A DNA stretch of 64,000 bases from an uncultured virus (IMG/VR IMGVR_UViG_3300000928_001655) (Duplodnaviria > Heunggongvirae > Uroviricota > Caudoviricetes), in the IMG/VR virus record IMGVR_UViG_3300000928_001655. One strand, given 5' to 3'. The notes under the pieces are model-generated. The model was not told the origin of the DNA. It was given only the letters and a program-made list of their open reading frames with translations, and did no database searches. A program made the translations under genes and the position numbers. Shown piece after piece: positions 1-9,144 of this stretch (position 1 is the first letter of the stretch; each line of letters begins with the position of its first letter).

Positions 1-333
1 GCAATGGAAAGGTCCGTCACCGATAATTCGTATATCTCTATCTGAATACACGTTATCTACGAAACCTTTCATTTCTAATGAACCTGAGTTTACCAAATAA
101 TAATGTCCATGTGGTGCTACTCCATCCCACCTAGAAACGTCTAGGTGTTTATTGACTTTACAACCCCAGTGGATTTCTTTAATTGTAACAGAAGCATCAG
201 CCGCTGTATAAGTTTCACCGTTAGATATTAGATCAGACAATGCAATATCAACAGTATCGCCAGATGAGTCTGTTACGTATACTTTGATTACTGCTTCGTT
301 ACGTGAACGTTTTAGGTAGTGTATGTTTGACAT
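1..333 (-). CDS. hypothetical protein, partial (runs off window start), possibly virion-associated
   Basis: Hand-translated open frame MSNIHYLKRSRNEAVIKVYVTDSSGDTVDIALSDL... starting at ATG 333, which overlaps the upstream stop (TAATG); not in the ORF track. Confidence 0.7.
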   Translation of the reverse strand, partial: MSNIHYLKRSRNEAVIKVYVTDSSGDTVDIALSDLISNGETYTAADASVTIKEIHWGCKVNKHLDVSRWDGVAPHGHYYLVNSGSLEMKGFVDNVYSDRDIRIIGDGPFHC

Positions 334-1571
334 TATTTCTGCCACCCTTTGATATACTGAGGATCAAAGTTTGCCTTACTAAAGGCAAGGCGATCTACGA
401 GTTTAAGAGAGTTCTTACCCAAGCGATCCATTGCAACAAATCCTTCTGGATTAGTAACTTCATATCCCTTATTTGTTTTAAGGAATGTTTTTAAACTATC
501 TACTTTATTGAGTTTGTCAAGAACCAACAACTTAGTGTCAACCAATAAGTTATAGAGTTCGAATACCTTTTCGATCTCTTTGGTGTTCTTGTCACTGAAC
601 ATTATTAACGCTTTAGACATCTTATCTGTCTGCGTTTTCTTACCACGTTCAGTTTTCTTCTTATCTGCTTCTTTATTGTAATAGTCTTGAATGTATTTCA
701 CAAGATCTTTAACGAATGATCTAGGATTACCAATACGTTGACCTTCACGAACCTTCACGTTAATGAACGTGTTGATACGTAGGTTCAATTCAGCATTGTT
801 ACCCATCTCATTTAGAATATCTTTTTTGATTGTTCTGAAGATCTTACCTGCGGCAGACAGTTTCTTATTCACTGCATCGGTTTCTTTTGCAGTCATGGTT
901 ACACTACCAGACTTATCTTCGAATACGGCATCAACTGCCCAGACAGATTTTACTTCTTTGAGATTAGATGCAATCTTCTCTCCAAAACTTGCAGACATTG
1001 TCTCAAGAGATTCTCCTCTGTAGACTGTATGCCAGACCACACCGATCTTGGATCTTGATATTTTTTTAGCGAGTTCGCTTTTCTTTGGTATCGCATAAAC
1101 AATCGTATTAGGATGGAAAGTAACATACGATTCTCCATCAATAGTATCTGTCGATAAATCTTCTGTAGTGTAGAGAAAATCACCTTGTATCACTCCTTCA
1201 ATTCCCAACTTTGCGAATTCTGAAAGTGCTACTTTGAACTTAGAGTTGAGGTCACCTTTAATAGAACTGTCATTATCAATTTCTTGGGCTGTCTTATAAA
1301 CTTTTGGATTTTTGTTGAACACACCTTTCTTCGCAATGAAGAACTTACCATCTGATGGATCAATGCCTGCAAAGATTGCAGGTGCACCATCCCATTTGAC
1401 TGATAAGTTTACGGCAGATTTAGAATTACCACCTAACATGTCTCTGATTGCACGAAGGTAATTAATTACGTTACGTGTGCCTGTTACTCCACCATCGATC
1501 ACTGCATCTTCTGCATGTGTCATGTGAAGGTTTTTTTCTTCGGATAGGACGAATTGACTAAAACGTTGCAT
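333..1571 (-). CDS. conserved T4-like phage protein (DUF6267-like), probable internal head protein
   Basis: 412 aa; KNLHMTHAED and KWDGAPAIFAG motifs recalled from a marine T4-like family; N-terminus MQRFSQFVLSE resembles a capsid-targeting sequence. Confidence 0.6.
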   Translation of the reverse strand: MQRFSQFVLSEEKNLHMTHAEDAVIDGGVTGTRNVINYLRAIRDMLGGNSKSAVNLSVKWDGAPAIFAGIDPSDGKFFIAKKGVFNKNPKVYKTAQEIDNDSSIKGDLNSKFKVALSEFAKLGIEGVIQGDFLYTTEDLSTDTIDGESYVTFHPNTIVYAIPKKSELAKKISRSKIGVVWHTVYRGESLETMSASFGEKIASNLKEVKSVWAVDAVFEDKSGSVTMTAKETDAVNKKLSAAGKIFRTIKKDILNEMGNNAELNLRINTFINVKVREGQRIGNPRSFVKDLVKYIQDYYNKEADKKKTERGKKTQTDKMSKALIMFSDKNTKEIEKVFELYNLLVDTKLLVLDKLNKVDSLKTFLKTNKGYEVTNPEGFVAMDRLGKNSLKLVDRLAFSKANFDPQYIKGWQK

Positions 1572-2632
1572 TAGAATCTGATGTCCTTGTTAACTGTGAT
1601 GTCTGGTTGGAGTCCAAAGAACTTCAACACATTTGACATTTTACCACGAACATACTGAGTAGCTTTGCTGATGTAACCACCAACTTTACCCTTGACTGTC
1701 TGCAACATACGTCTGAATGAATTCTCGTCCAATTGTTCAGTTTCTTCTTTAAGGTTCGCATCCACAATAAGAGAAATTACAGACCAGAAATTATACTCAC
1801 CTGTCTTCTTACCTTTAAGTTTACGTGAAGATGTTTTGAAACGTGCCTGTAGTTTCATTTGATCTGCAATCATTTTGCAGTACGCATCGTCATTTACAGA
1901 TGTAATTTTTGTTGAAGACCCACTATGATCTGATACTACCATAAACTCTGCCGCAGAATTACTGCCTGTTCCATACTTCATGAACCCAGACATTGCCTCA
2001 CGTGCAAATTCTATTTTGAATTGTTCATTTGTTTGGAATAGTACGCCTAGTTCATTCATAATCGTCTTGTGTGCCGCCTCTCCTTGGTTGACAAGAGGGT
2101 TCTCACGAGATTTGATGAGAGGACGTAGTTGAGTTGGTGCCAGAGATGTGGTCACAAAATCCTCAAAAATCCCCACAACCTTTTTCAATTGTGCGGATTC
2201 TTCGATTTTAGATTTTTCCATCGCTGCATAAAATGTTGCAACTGATTCTGATTTACCACCAGACATTAACTGAGCCATTCCAATTTTCAGTGATAAACGT
2301 TTATTACCAATCAGAATGTCACACTTAGGTGTAGTGTCTGTTGCACCATAAGTCTTCCAGAAACCAGTCAGTTTAGATTTAGCACGTCCGTACTGTTCTG
2401 CCTTAACATTATTACCCAACTTAAAATGGTCTTTAATGTCTTGTGCAATACGTTTACCCGCTTCGATGTACTCAGGATTCTGTAGAAGTAAGGTGTGTAC
2501 TTTATCAGTAATACCTGCAGTTGAGGCATCGAAGGGTTGGTTAGTAATTGCATACCAACCCATAACGATTGCAGCCTCGAAATCTTCTGCTTTGATTTTA
2601 GATTCCGTGATGTAAGATTTGTAGGATTTCAT
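1571..2632 (-). CDS. hypothetical protein, possible PD-(D/E)xK-fold internal head protein
   Basis: Likely start MKSYKSYITE at 2632; TPKCDI...LSLK motif; late-promoter-like GATAAATA upstream. Confidence 0.5.
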   Translation of the reverse strand: MKSYKSYITESKIKAEDFEAAIVMGWYAITNQPFDASTAGITDKVHTLLLQNPEYIEAGKRIAQDIKDHFKLGNNVKAEQYGRAKSKLTGFWKTYGATDTTPKCDILIGNKRLSLKIGMAQLMSGGKSESVATFYAAMEKSKIEESAQLKKVVGIFEDFVTTSLAPTQLRPLIKSRENPLVNQGEAAHKTIMNELGVLFQTNEQFKIEFAREAMSGFMKYGTGSNSAAEFMVVSDHSGSSTKITSVNDDAYCKMIADQMKLQARFKTSSRKLKGKKTGEYNFWSVISLIVDANLKEETEQLDENSFRRMLQTVKGKVGGYISKATQYVRGKMSNVLKFFGLQPDITVNKDIRF

Positions 2633-2664
2633 GTTCGAACTCAAATTATTTGTTGCTTTCGAAC

Positions 2665-2672
2665 TATTTATC
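2665..2672 (-). promoter_or_regulatory. T4-type late promoter variant (GATAAATA)
   Basis: One mismatch to TATAAATA, about 30 nt upstream of ATG 2632. Confidence 0.45.
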
Positions 2673-4077
2673 ATTGCAAACCACTCACGTCATCAAAGAT
2701 ATTCTTCTTTGTTTTCTTGAGTGCAGGTAGTTCACTAGGGAGTGCAGGTTTGGTAACCTGACTGTTATTGTCCATAGACTGACCAATATTATCCTGCGCA
2801 CTTGGTTCGAGGTCATAGATCTTCATCTTGGATCGATCAATACCTACGAGGAACCTACGGTAATATCCAGTATCACCCCAACGGTTCTTCAACTGTTTCA
2901 ACATAAGTTGTCCTAGTTCATCTAGTTCTTCTGTAGTCACCAGTCCTAGAATGCAGTCGGCAGTGTGCGTAATTCCCATACTCTCAGAAGTATTAGTAAG
3001 GTCAACGTCACTATTCCCATAGCCGTCACGATTGAACTGAGACGAAGTAACCACAGCACAATTAAATTCCATTGCAAGTCCACGTACCTCTTCTGCTATT
3101 GATTTTACAAGTGTGTAACTATTTGCTGCGGCGGCACCTTTAACACGTGCGGATGCACAGATATTCAAATAGTCTACGAAGATAAGATCAGGTACAAACC
3201 CTTTCTTCATTCGCAATTCATTCAACAGGTGTCTGAAGTGACCAGTATGTGCTGATCCTGTAGGATATTCTTTTACAATCAGTTTACCTGTCGTCTTAGA
3301 TTTGTATCGTCCCATACGTTTCTCAAACACATGACGTGGTGTAGTGGATACTTCATCCAACGTCACATCCATGATGTTCGCATCAATACGACGACCAATC
3401 TCTTCCTCTGCCATCTCCATAGTAATATAGAGGACATTGTTACCGTACATCAGTGCATTCGCCGCCATGTGACATTTAAGTAATGACTTACCACCACCAG
3501 TCGTGGCGAGTAGTACAGTCATAGACTTACGAGGCAAACCACCTTTGGTGATCTTATTCAGAATATCAATGTCAAAGGGAATGCGTTCTTCTTTTCGGTG
3601 ATAGTACTCGTACCGATCTTCGCTCTCTTCTAAGAAGTCGTGTCCAACACTTGTGTCGAAACTGATACTGAGAGAGTCAGATAGGAGTTGGGGGATAGAA
3701 CCTTTATCAAGTCCTTCACCTTCACCTTCAAGAATGTTGATTGACGAACGAATAGAGTTGTACAGATCACGATCTTGACAGAACCTTTCAGTCTCATCAA
3801 TAAGAAACTGCATGTCTGTTGTGTCATCACGAGAGATACTGGATACTTCAGACTGAGCGTCTTTGTATTGATCCTCGTTCAAGTCTTTACGTTTGTCAAT
3901 GGAAAGCTTGAGAGCCTCCACGGATGGAGGCTCCTTGTATTGTTCGACATACGTTACAAATGTTTGGAACACTTTACGTAGCGTGATGTCTTCGAAGTAA
4001 TCTTCCTTCAGATATGGGTATACCTTGCGGTAGTATTCATCATTAAGAAGTAGATTCGATAAGATCGTCTGTTCTAT
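2671..4077 (-). CDS. 41: DnaB-like replicative helicase (T4 gp41)
   Basis: Walker A ATTGGGKS, YITMEMAEE, FVDYLNIC, QLKNRWGD; start could be at 4092. Confidence 0.95.
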   Translation of the reverse strand: MEQTILSNLLLNDEYYRKVYPYLKEDYFEDITLRKVFQTFVTYVEQYKEPPSVEALKLSIDKRKDLNEDQYKDAQSEVSSISRDDTTDMQFLIDETERFCQDRDLYNSIRSSINILEGEGEGLDKGSIPQLLSDSLSISFDTSVGHDFLEESEDRYEYYHRKEERIPFDIDILNKITKGGLPRKSMTVLLATTGGGKSLLKCHMAANALMYGNNVLYITMEMAEEEIGRRIDANIMDVTLDEVSTTPRHVFEKRMGRYKSKTTGKLIVKEYPTGSAHTGHFRHLLNELRMKKGFVPDLIFVDYLNICASARVKGAAAANSYTLVKSIAEEVRGLAMEFNCAVVTSSQFNRDGYGNSDVDLTNTSESMGITHTADCILGLVTTEELDELGQLMLKQLKNRWGDTGYYRRFLVGIDRSKMKIYDLEPSAQDNIGQSMDNNSQVTKPALPSELPALKKTKKNIFDDVSGLQ

Positions 4078-5101
4078 CATTGTGGTGCTCACTGTTTAAT
4101 TTGTACTTGCGCTCAATATACACGTTAAATGCATCGTTGTCAAGTAGTTTTTCAAAGAATGCATCATCTTTTTCGATATCTTTCAATCGACGACGAGGTT
4201 CAATGATTTCTCCTGTGTCTAAGTCTACAAGGTTATACCAACCCTGCGTGGACTTAGCAATGAAACCAGCTTCCAATGCGAGGTCAAACAATGCCGACCA
4301 CTTCTGGATGCCGCTATCATATAGGACAGTGAATGGAAGTTTAGATTTCTCTTTGACAAATCGTGACTTCTCAATATTGATAGTGAACTTAAATCCTGCG
4401 AGATCTGTACCATCCTTCTCTTGCGATTTGGTAATGATAAAGATCTGGTTTGCAGAATAGTAGATCCCTGTACCACCAGACACGATGGCTTTTGGGAACA
4501 TACCGATCTCTTGGTACACGTGGTTGATTGCAAGTAACGGAATGTTTCTCGCAGTTAACTTAGGCGTAACAATACGGAAGAGAGATTTGAGTGCTTTGGC
4601 ACGAGACATATCGGCAACTGCCTTCTCGTTCATTGCATCGTCAACTTCTTTCTTCGATGCGAGGTTACCAACCGAATCGATCATGACGAACACATTGTCA
4701 TCTTTCTCAATCTGATCTAACCTCTTAGTAATATCGAACTTAAGTTCTTCGACATTCTCTACTGGGATATGGATCACACGATCCGTATCGATGTTGTAAC
4801 TTTCTAGATATTCTGGTGTGATACCATATTCAGAGTCATACAATAGTGCAACTCCGTCTGCGAATTTATCTAGATAGGCTTTCATGCAGTACAAAGACAG
4901 TAAAGTCTTAAATGACTTTGATTGTCCTGCAACCACAGTTAAGCCTGGGATTAGTCCACCCTTCAATGACCCACTAAATGCAATGTTAACGATGGGAAGT
5001 TCCGTTTGAATAGGATTCTTCTCTTCGAAAAAACTGGACTTACTGAGGATTGACGAGGACTTCACTGCTCCTGATTTGAGCATCTTGTCTAAAAGACTCA
5101 T
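4043..5101 (-). CDS. uvsX: RecA-like recombinase UvsX
   Basis: AGQSKSFKT, YDSEYG, IDSVGNLAS, ADMSRAK, SGGTG motifs; adjacent to gp41. Confidence 0.95.
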   Translation of the reverse strand: MSLLDKMLKSGAVKSSSILSKSSFFEEKNPIQTELPIVNIAFSGSLKGGLIPGLTVVAGQSKSFKTLLSLYCMKAYLDKFADGVALLYDSEYGITPEYLESYNIDTDRVIHIPVENVEELKFDITKRLDQIEKDDNVFVMIDSVGNLASKKEVDDAMNEKAVADMSRAKALKSLFRIVTPKLTARNIPLLAINHVYQEIGMFPKAIVSGGTGIYYSANQIFIITKSQEKDGTDLAGFKFTINIEKSRFVKEKSKLPFTVLYDSGIQKWSALFDLALEAGFIAKSTQGWYNLVDLDTGEIIEPRRRLKDIEKDDAFFEKLLDNDAFNVYIERKYKLNSEHHNDRTDDLIESTS

Positions 5102-5104
5102 TAT

Positions 5105-5416
5105 TTAATTTCCCTCTGCGATTTGCGCCAACTTTGCTTTGTAACTTTCGATCTTTTCTACACGATCAGGCCAGAAGATTGTACTCTTCTCTGGTGATTT
5201 GCATAGGTTGTCAAGGAAAGGAACAACTGATTGATACAGTTTCTCCAAACTTGCTTCCAATGCGATCTTCTCATTAGTGAGATCACTGAGTTGCCCTTCG
5301 AGATCGTCTGCGGCAGCTTTAGTAGCTACCGCAGTTTCTTTTACTGCTTCAATCTCATCATCGATGAAACTGAAACCAAAGTCGAAATCGATTATATCAG
5401 ATGTCGATTTGTTCAT
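5105..5416 (-). CDS. hypothetical coiled-coil protein
   Basis: 103 aa; DFDFGFS and IFWPDR; packed between gp32 and uvsX. Confidence 0.7.
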   Translation of the reverse strand: MNKSTSDIIDFDFGFSFIDDEIEAVKETAVATKAAADDLEGQLSDLTNEKIALEASLEKLYQSVVPFLDNLCKSPEKSTIFWPDRVEKIESYKAKLAQIAEGN

Positions 5417-5422
5417 ACCGTC

Positions 5423-6364
5423 TTAACCTTTTGCAAGTTCCTTGAAGATTGATAGATCGTCGTCATCATCTACATCAGAAGTCGGTGCAGGGGCGGATTT
5501 AAAAGGTATGTCATCCGACTGTACCTGTGCCGCTACTGGCGCTTTTGGTGTATAAGACGTGCTCAAGTCTAAACCATCGTCGTCATCGTCATACGAACTA
5601 GACGCTGTTGGACCTGCATCTTCACCAAGATCTAACACTCTATATAGTTTTGTTTTCAAATCTGAATAAGACTTGAAGTTCTTGGCATCAAGAAGTTCTT
5701 GTAAAGAATGTTGTTGGTTGTAGATGGTTTCCAACTCATCATCATCTGTGGCCATTGCTGATGGCGCATCAAATTCTGACTTGTCGTAGTTTGGATAACC
5801 TTCGAACTGACGGATCTTCAGACGGAAGTTTGCACCTTCCCAGAAGTCGAATGGGTTCACTGGTGATTCGTCTTCGAACGTTGGGTTCATCAAGTCATTC
5901 AACTTGTCGAAGATCTTCTTACCGTATTGGTACATGAACACCTTACCTTCGTTCTCAGGATTTGCACCATCCTTGATCACTAAGATATTTGAAATGTACT
6001 TCAGTCGACGTTTCTGTTTACGTGCTTGCTCTTTATCAGAGTCGATACCTGAGTTCCAGAGTTTGGAATTGTACTCTGACACTGGATCATCTTGATTCAA
6101 TGTAGTCAGAGAGTTTTCGATATACCATTGACCTGATGGTCCTTGGAAACCGTGATCCCAGATGCGTACAAATGGCATCTCTTCACCTGCAGGTTCAGGC
6201 AAGAAGCGAATGATTGCAAAACCATTACCCGCTTTGTCACGAGTTGGTTTCCAAAACTTTCCTTCATTAGGATCTGAATATGATTTTGTGGAAATTTTAT
6301 CTAGCTGGGCATTCAACTTATCAAGTGATGACGTGCGAGATTTCTTAAGTGCTGCGAATGACAT
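5423..6364 (-). CDS. 32: single-stranded DNA-binding protein (T4 gp32)
   Basis: GNGFAIIRFLP, WYIENSLTT, YGKKIFDK, FWEGANF, YDKSEF; acidic tail; AAGGAG RBS. Confidence 0.95.
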   Translation of the reverse strand: MSFAALKKSRTSSLDKLNAQLDKISTKSYSDPNEGKFWKPTRDKAGNGFAIIRFLPEPAGEEMPFVRIWDHGFQGPSGQWYIENSLTTLNQDDPVSEYNSKLWNSGIDSDKEQARKQKRRLKYISNILVIKDGANPENEGKVFMYQYGKKIFDKLNDLMNPTFEDESPVNPFDFWEGANFRLKIRQFEGYPNYDKSEFDAPSAMATDDDELETIYNQQHSLQELLDAKNFKSYSDLKTKLYRVLDLGEDAGPTASSSYDDDDDGLDLSTSYTPKAPVAAQVQSDDIPFKSAPAPTSDVDDDDDLSIFKELAKG

Positions 6365-6411
6365 ATATTGTCTCCTTTGTATAGCAGTGTATTACGTTAT
6401 ATTGCGATGTA

Positions 6412-7011
6412 TTAGATGTCAAAGTGATTCTTGACAATAGTCTTGAACCGTTTCATATCTAACATCAAGAAAGGAAAATACTTCCTTGAATGATGTATTA
6501 TATCAGATGCCACGAATTTGTCAAGCAAATTCTGCTCCCAATACGAAAAAATATTTGCAATGTGTACTAGTATTGCAAATGTTTCCAGTGTTATCTTCTT
6601 CTGTAAGTACAGAGTCAATACGACTGGGTGTTGACCATCGGTTACGAAGTTGGATTTCCAGTCATCTTCGAGATGCTTTAAGTCCGACTTGAAAGTGTAA
6701 CCTAACGAATCAATTCTTTTCTTCCATTCGACGTACAAGATGTCGTCCTCTGCGATATCTCGAATCCATGCATTTGGGTTCTTGACTAAGTTTGCCAGAA
6801 GGACGTTCTCGTAATCGTCTTGTTTATATAGTTTTGCAAAGTAAAATGCATCAGGGCGACTTTTAAATGTGTCGAATGAGGCTCTTACTTTACCGTTATA
6901 TTTATGAAAATCATAACTTGGAGATGTGAAATGTTTCTTCATTGCAAGGTACTTTATGTACGCCGCATATGACTGATCATTCACATAACTCGGTAATGTC
7001 CTGTTGTTCAT
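6412..7011 (-). CDS. 59: helicase loader (T4 gp59)
   Basis: YLAMKKHF..YDFHKYNGK, HP...LYLQKKITLET; lies between gp33 and gp32. Confidence 0.88.
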   Translation of the reverse strand: MNNRTLPSYVNDQSYAAYIKYLAMKKHFTSPSYDFHKYNGKVRASFDTFKSRPDAFYFAKLYKQDDYENVLLANLVKNPNAWIRDIAEDDILYVEWKKRIDSLGYTFKSDLKHLEDDWKSNFVTDGQHPVVLTLYLQKKITLETFAILVHIANIFSYWEQNLLDKFVASDIIHHSRKYFPFLMLDMKRFKTIVKNHFDI

Positions 7012-7228
7012 CGTTGCGTTTTACCATTCTCAAAACTACAGCTTCTGATCTGATCTTCTCTTTTAGAATAGAGGATTTTTTGATCACATCTGCAACTGAT
7101 TCAATTTCTAGGTTATGCATCTGGGCATAATCTACTAGTGCATCTATGTAAGGAACCCCATTTGCGACAGCGTCTGCAATTGCGAGGTGTATTTTTTCTG
7201 GTGTCAGCGACACCACTGTTTCATTCAT
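6977..7228 (-). CDS. 33: late transcription coactivator (T4 gp33)
   Basis: YIDALVDYA...EIESVA...LKEKIRSEA; upstream of gp59. Confidence 0.85.
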   Translation of the reverse strand: MNETVVSLTPEKIHLAIADAVANGVPYIDALVDYAQMHNLEIESVADVIKKSSILKEKIRSEAVVLRMVKRNDEQQDITELCE

Positions 7229-7908
7229 TAATCTGAGATCTCCTGAAATAATATGTTATTGATATAATAATCTTTGTCCTCATCGGAGATACCCATGGCA
7301 CGAATACTATTATGTAACTGATCGTTCTTCTTTTGGTTGATACAGTAGTTGTTAAGGAGAGGTCTTGTTGGCATCCCCATCTCTACTGATTCGTCGTTCA
7401 TCTTATCTAGATAATAACATATTAATTCGGTGGTGGCAAGCAAAAACTGATCTGTTTCTTCTGCCCTTACGTTACCAACAGCCATCATGTGGTCACTGAA
7501 GATTGCTTCTGCCCACTCTGGGAGTTGACGAGGTTTCTTCCAAGTAAATTTATCTGCCTCTTTGTTAAAGTGTTGACACATTACGTGATCTTCTGTACAC
7601 ACTGGTGAGAAGTCAAAGAACGCACCACTGATCTTGTTAGGACCTGCAATGATGTCGCACCCAAGTATAGGCATATCAAAACCATTCTTTGGGAAGATGT
7701 TCAGATGTAGTAACCAGAGTTTACGTGAGTCGAGAATGTCAATCGTCTTGAGGTGACACTTCTCTACAACTTCACCAGTCCAGAACCTATCTGACCACCC
7801 AGTGAACTCTTGTACGTGTAATGGATTGTGATACGGATCAAGGTACTTGGTGAACAAGTCTGCAATCGTGTCAGAAAACTGTATGAGTTTTTCAGTGTTC
7901 TCAGTCAT
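7228..7908 (-). CDS. pcyX: ferredoxin-dependent bilin reductase, PcyX/PcyA type
   Basis: LWLLHLNIFP...PILGCDII...GAFFDFSP, RQLPEWAEAIFS, YCINQKKN; follows heme oxygenase. Confidence 0.85.
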   Translation of the reverse strand: MTENTEKLIQFSDTIADLFTKYLDPYHNPLHVQEFTGWSDRFWTGEVVEKCHLKTIDILDSRKLWLLHLNIFPKNGFDMPILGCDIIAGPNKISGAFFDFSPVCTEDHVMCQHFNKEADKFTWKKPRQLPEWAEAIFSDHMMAVGNVRAEETDQFLLATTELICYYLDKMNDESVEMGMPTRPLLNNYCINQKKNDQLHNSIRAMGISDEDKDYYINNILFQEISD

Positions 7909-8437
7909 TTTTACTCAATTCTTCGAATGAACGAAATGCGAAATCAAAACAAATTCTTCCTTCATCTGCCATAGAATCATCAAGTAGTGTACGCATACCT
8001 TGAATGAGATCGTAACGATCATCAAAGTCGTAGTACTTACCACTGCCTGGAACTTTCTTCTTAATCATCTGACCACCATGTAGATCACCAAAGTGTCTTA
8101 CATATACGTGCGCAAGAAGCTTGTGATTGTCATGTTTAATAGTATCGATGTAGTTCACGTATTCGACAGTTGTATCCAGTGCATTTTCAATTGCACTCAG
8201 GTTTTCTAGTTCCATCAATTCATGCATGTCTTCAAAGATTGCGTTCGCACGAAAGATGGAGTGAAACTTTGGATCAAGATCTACCACACCTTCTAGCGCA
8301 CCGTAACAAATCATCTGATTGAACAGATACAGTTGATAATCTTTCGGTTCAATATTTCCCGACATAAGTGCTGTTGCAAATGCAGATGTTTCTGCACGTT
8401 CATGATGTTCCCAAGTGAGTTTTTTCAAATTACTCAT
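7901..8437 (-). CDS. hemO: heme oxygenase (HemO-like)
   Basis: LKKLTWEHHERAE, AHVYVRHFGDLHGGQMI. Confidence 0.9.
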   Translation of the reverse strand: MSNLKKLTWEHHERAETSAFATALMSGNIEPKDYQLYLFNQMICYGALEGVVDLDPKFHSIFRANAIFEDMHELMELENLSAIENALDTTVEYVNYIDTIKHDNHKLLAHVYVRHFGDLHGGQMIKKKVPGSGKYYDFDDRYDLIQGMRTLLDDSMADEGRICFDFAFRSFEELSKND

Positions 8438-9144
8438 TTACTATCCTCTCCAAAAGTGTACCTTGTTGTGCCGTCTTTTTTCTTTTCTACTTGCAGTTCG
8501 ATCTGACCAAACAAAAAATATCTAACTCCACGTTCTTCAGGTATCTCTTTCTCTATTATAATTTGGTTTCTCGCAGGCAAATGCGATTTAAATTCTTCTA
8601 ATGAATGTACACAGTTAATGTGACCTTCGATGTCTGTCATATTGTTTGACTGAACTGCGAAATATATATCTCTGCGTTTCTTCGTCCAATGACTTTGAAA
8701 CTTTATCAACTCGTGCATCTTCATCTCTATATGTTCGGAAGACGTATTGATTATCAGTAGGTCTACCTCTTCACCAAAGACTGGATGCTTTTCCTTTGTC
8801 AAGTCTGCCGATCTAAACTGCACGTTATCGTATTCATTTATTATAGATGCAATGTGATTCGCTTCTTTATCGATATCAAAACAAAACATCTCCTTTACAA
8901 GTGGTGCAAGTACTGGAACTAATATCGATCCGTACCAAGAACCAATGACTATTACTTTCATTTCTTTGTGTATTATACCACTTGTTAAGACACTTGTCAA
9001 GAGTTCTTTTTTCGAAATGAATTGATTTTTACTAATCGAATCGAAAATGTCCACAGTTTTCTCTGGAAACCTTCTACTCACCTCAAAAATATTTTGTGCA
9101 TATCCTATATCGAATTTATTATCAAACAGATCTATTTTTTGCAT
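8434..9144 (-). CDS. class I SAM-dependent methyltransferase-like protein
   Basis: VIVIGSWYG, CFDIDKEA, IINTSSEH. Confidence 0.6.
   Translation of the reverse strand: MQKIDLFDNKFDIGYAQNIFEVSRRFPEKTVDIFDSISKNQFISKKELLTSVLTSGIIHKEMKVIVIGSWYGSILVPVLAPLVKEMFCFDIDKEANHIASIINEYDNVQFRSADLTKEKHPVFGEEVDLLIINTSSEHIEMKMHELIKFQSHWTKKRRDIYFAVQSNNMTDIEGHINCVHSLEEFKSHLPARNQIIIEKEIPEERGVRYFLFGQIELQVEKKKDGTTRYTFGEDSK

Noticed and set aside
7228..8437. Cyanophage assignment based on bilin genes
   Set aside because: No photosystem or hli genes are present, and the tmRNA has alphaproteobacterial features.
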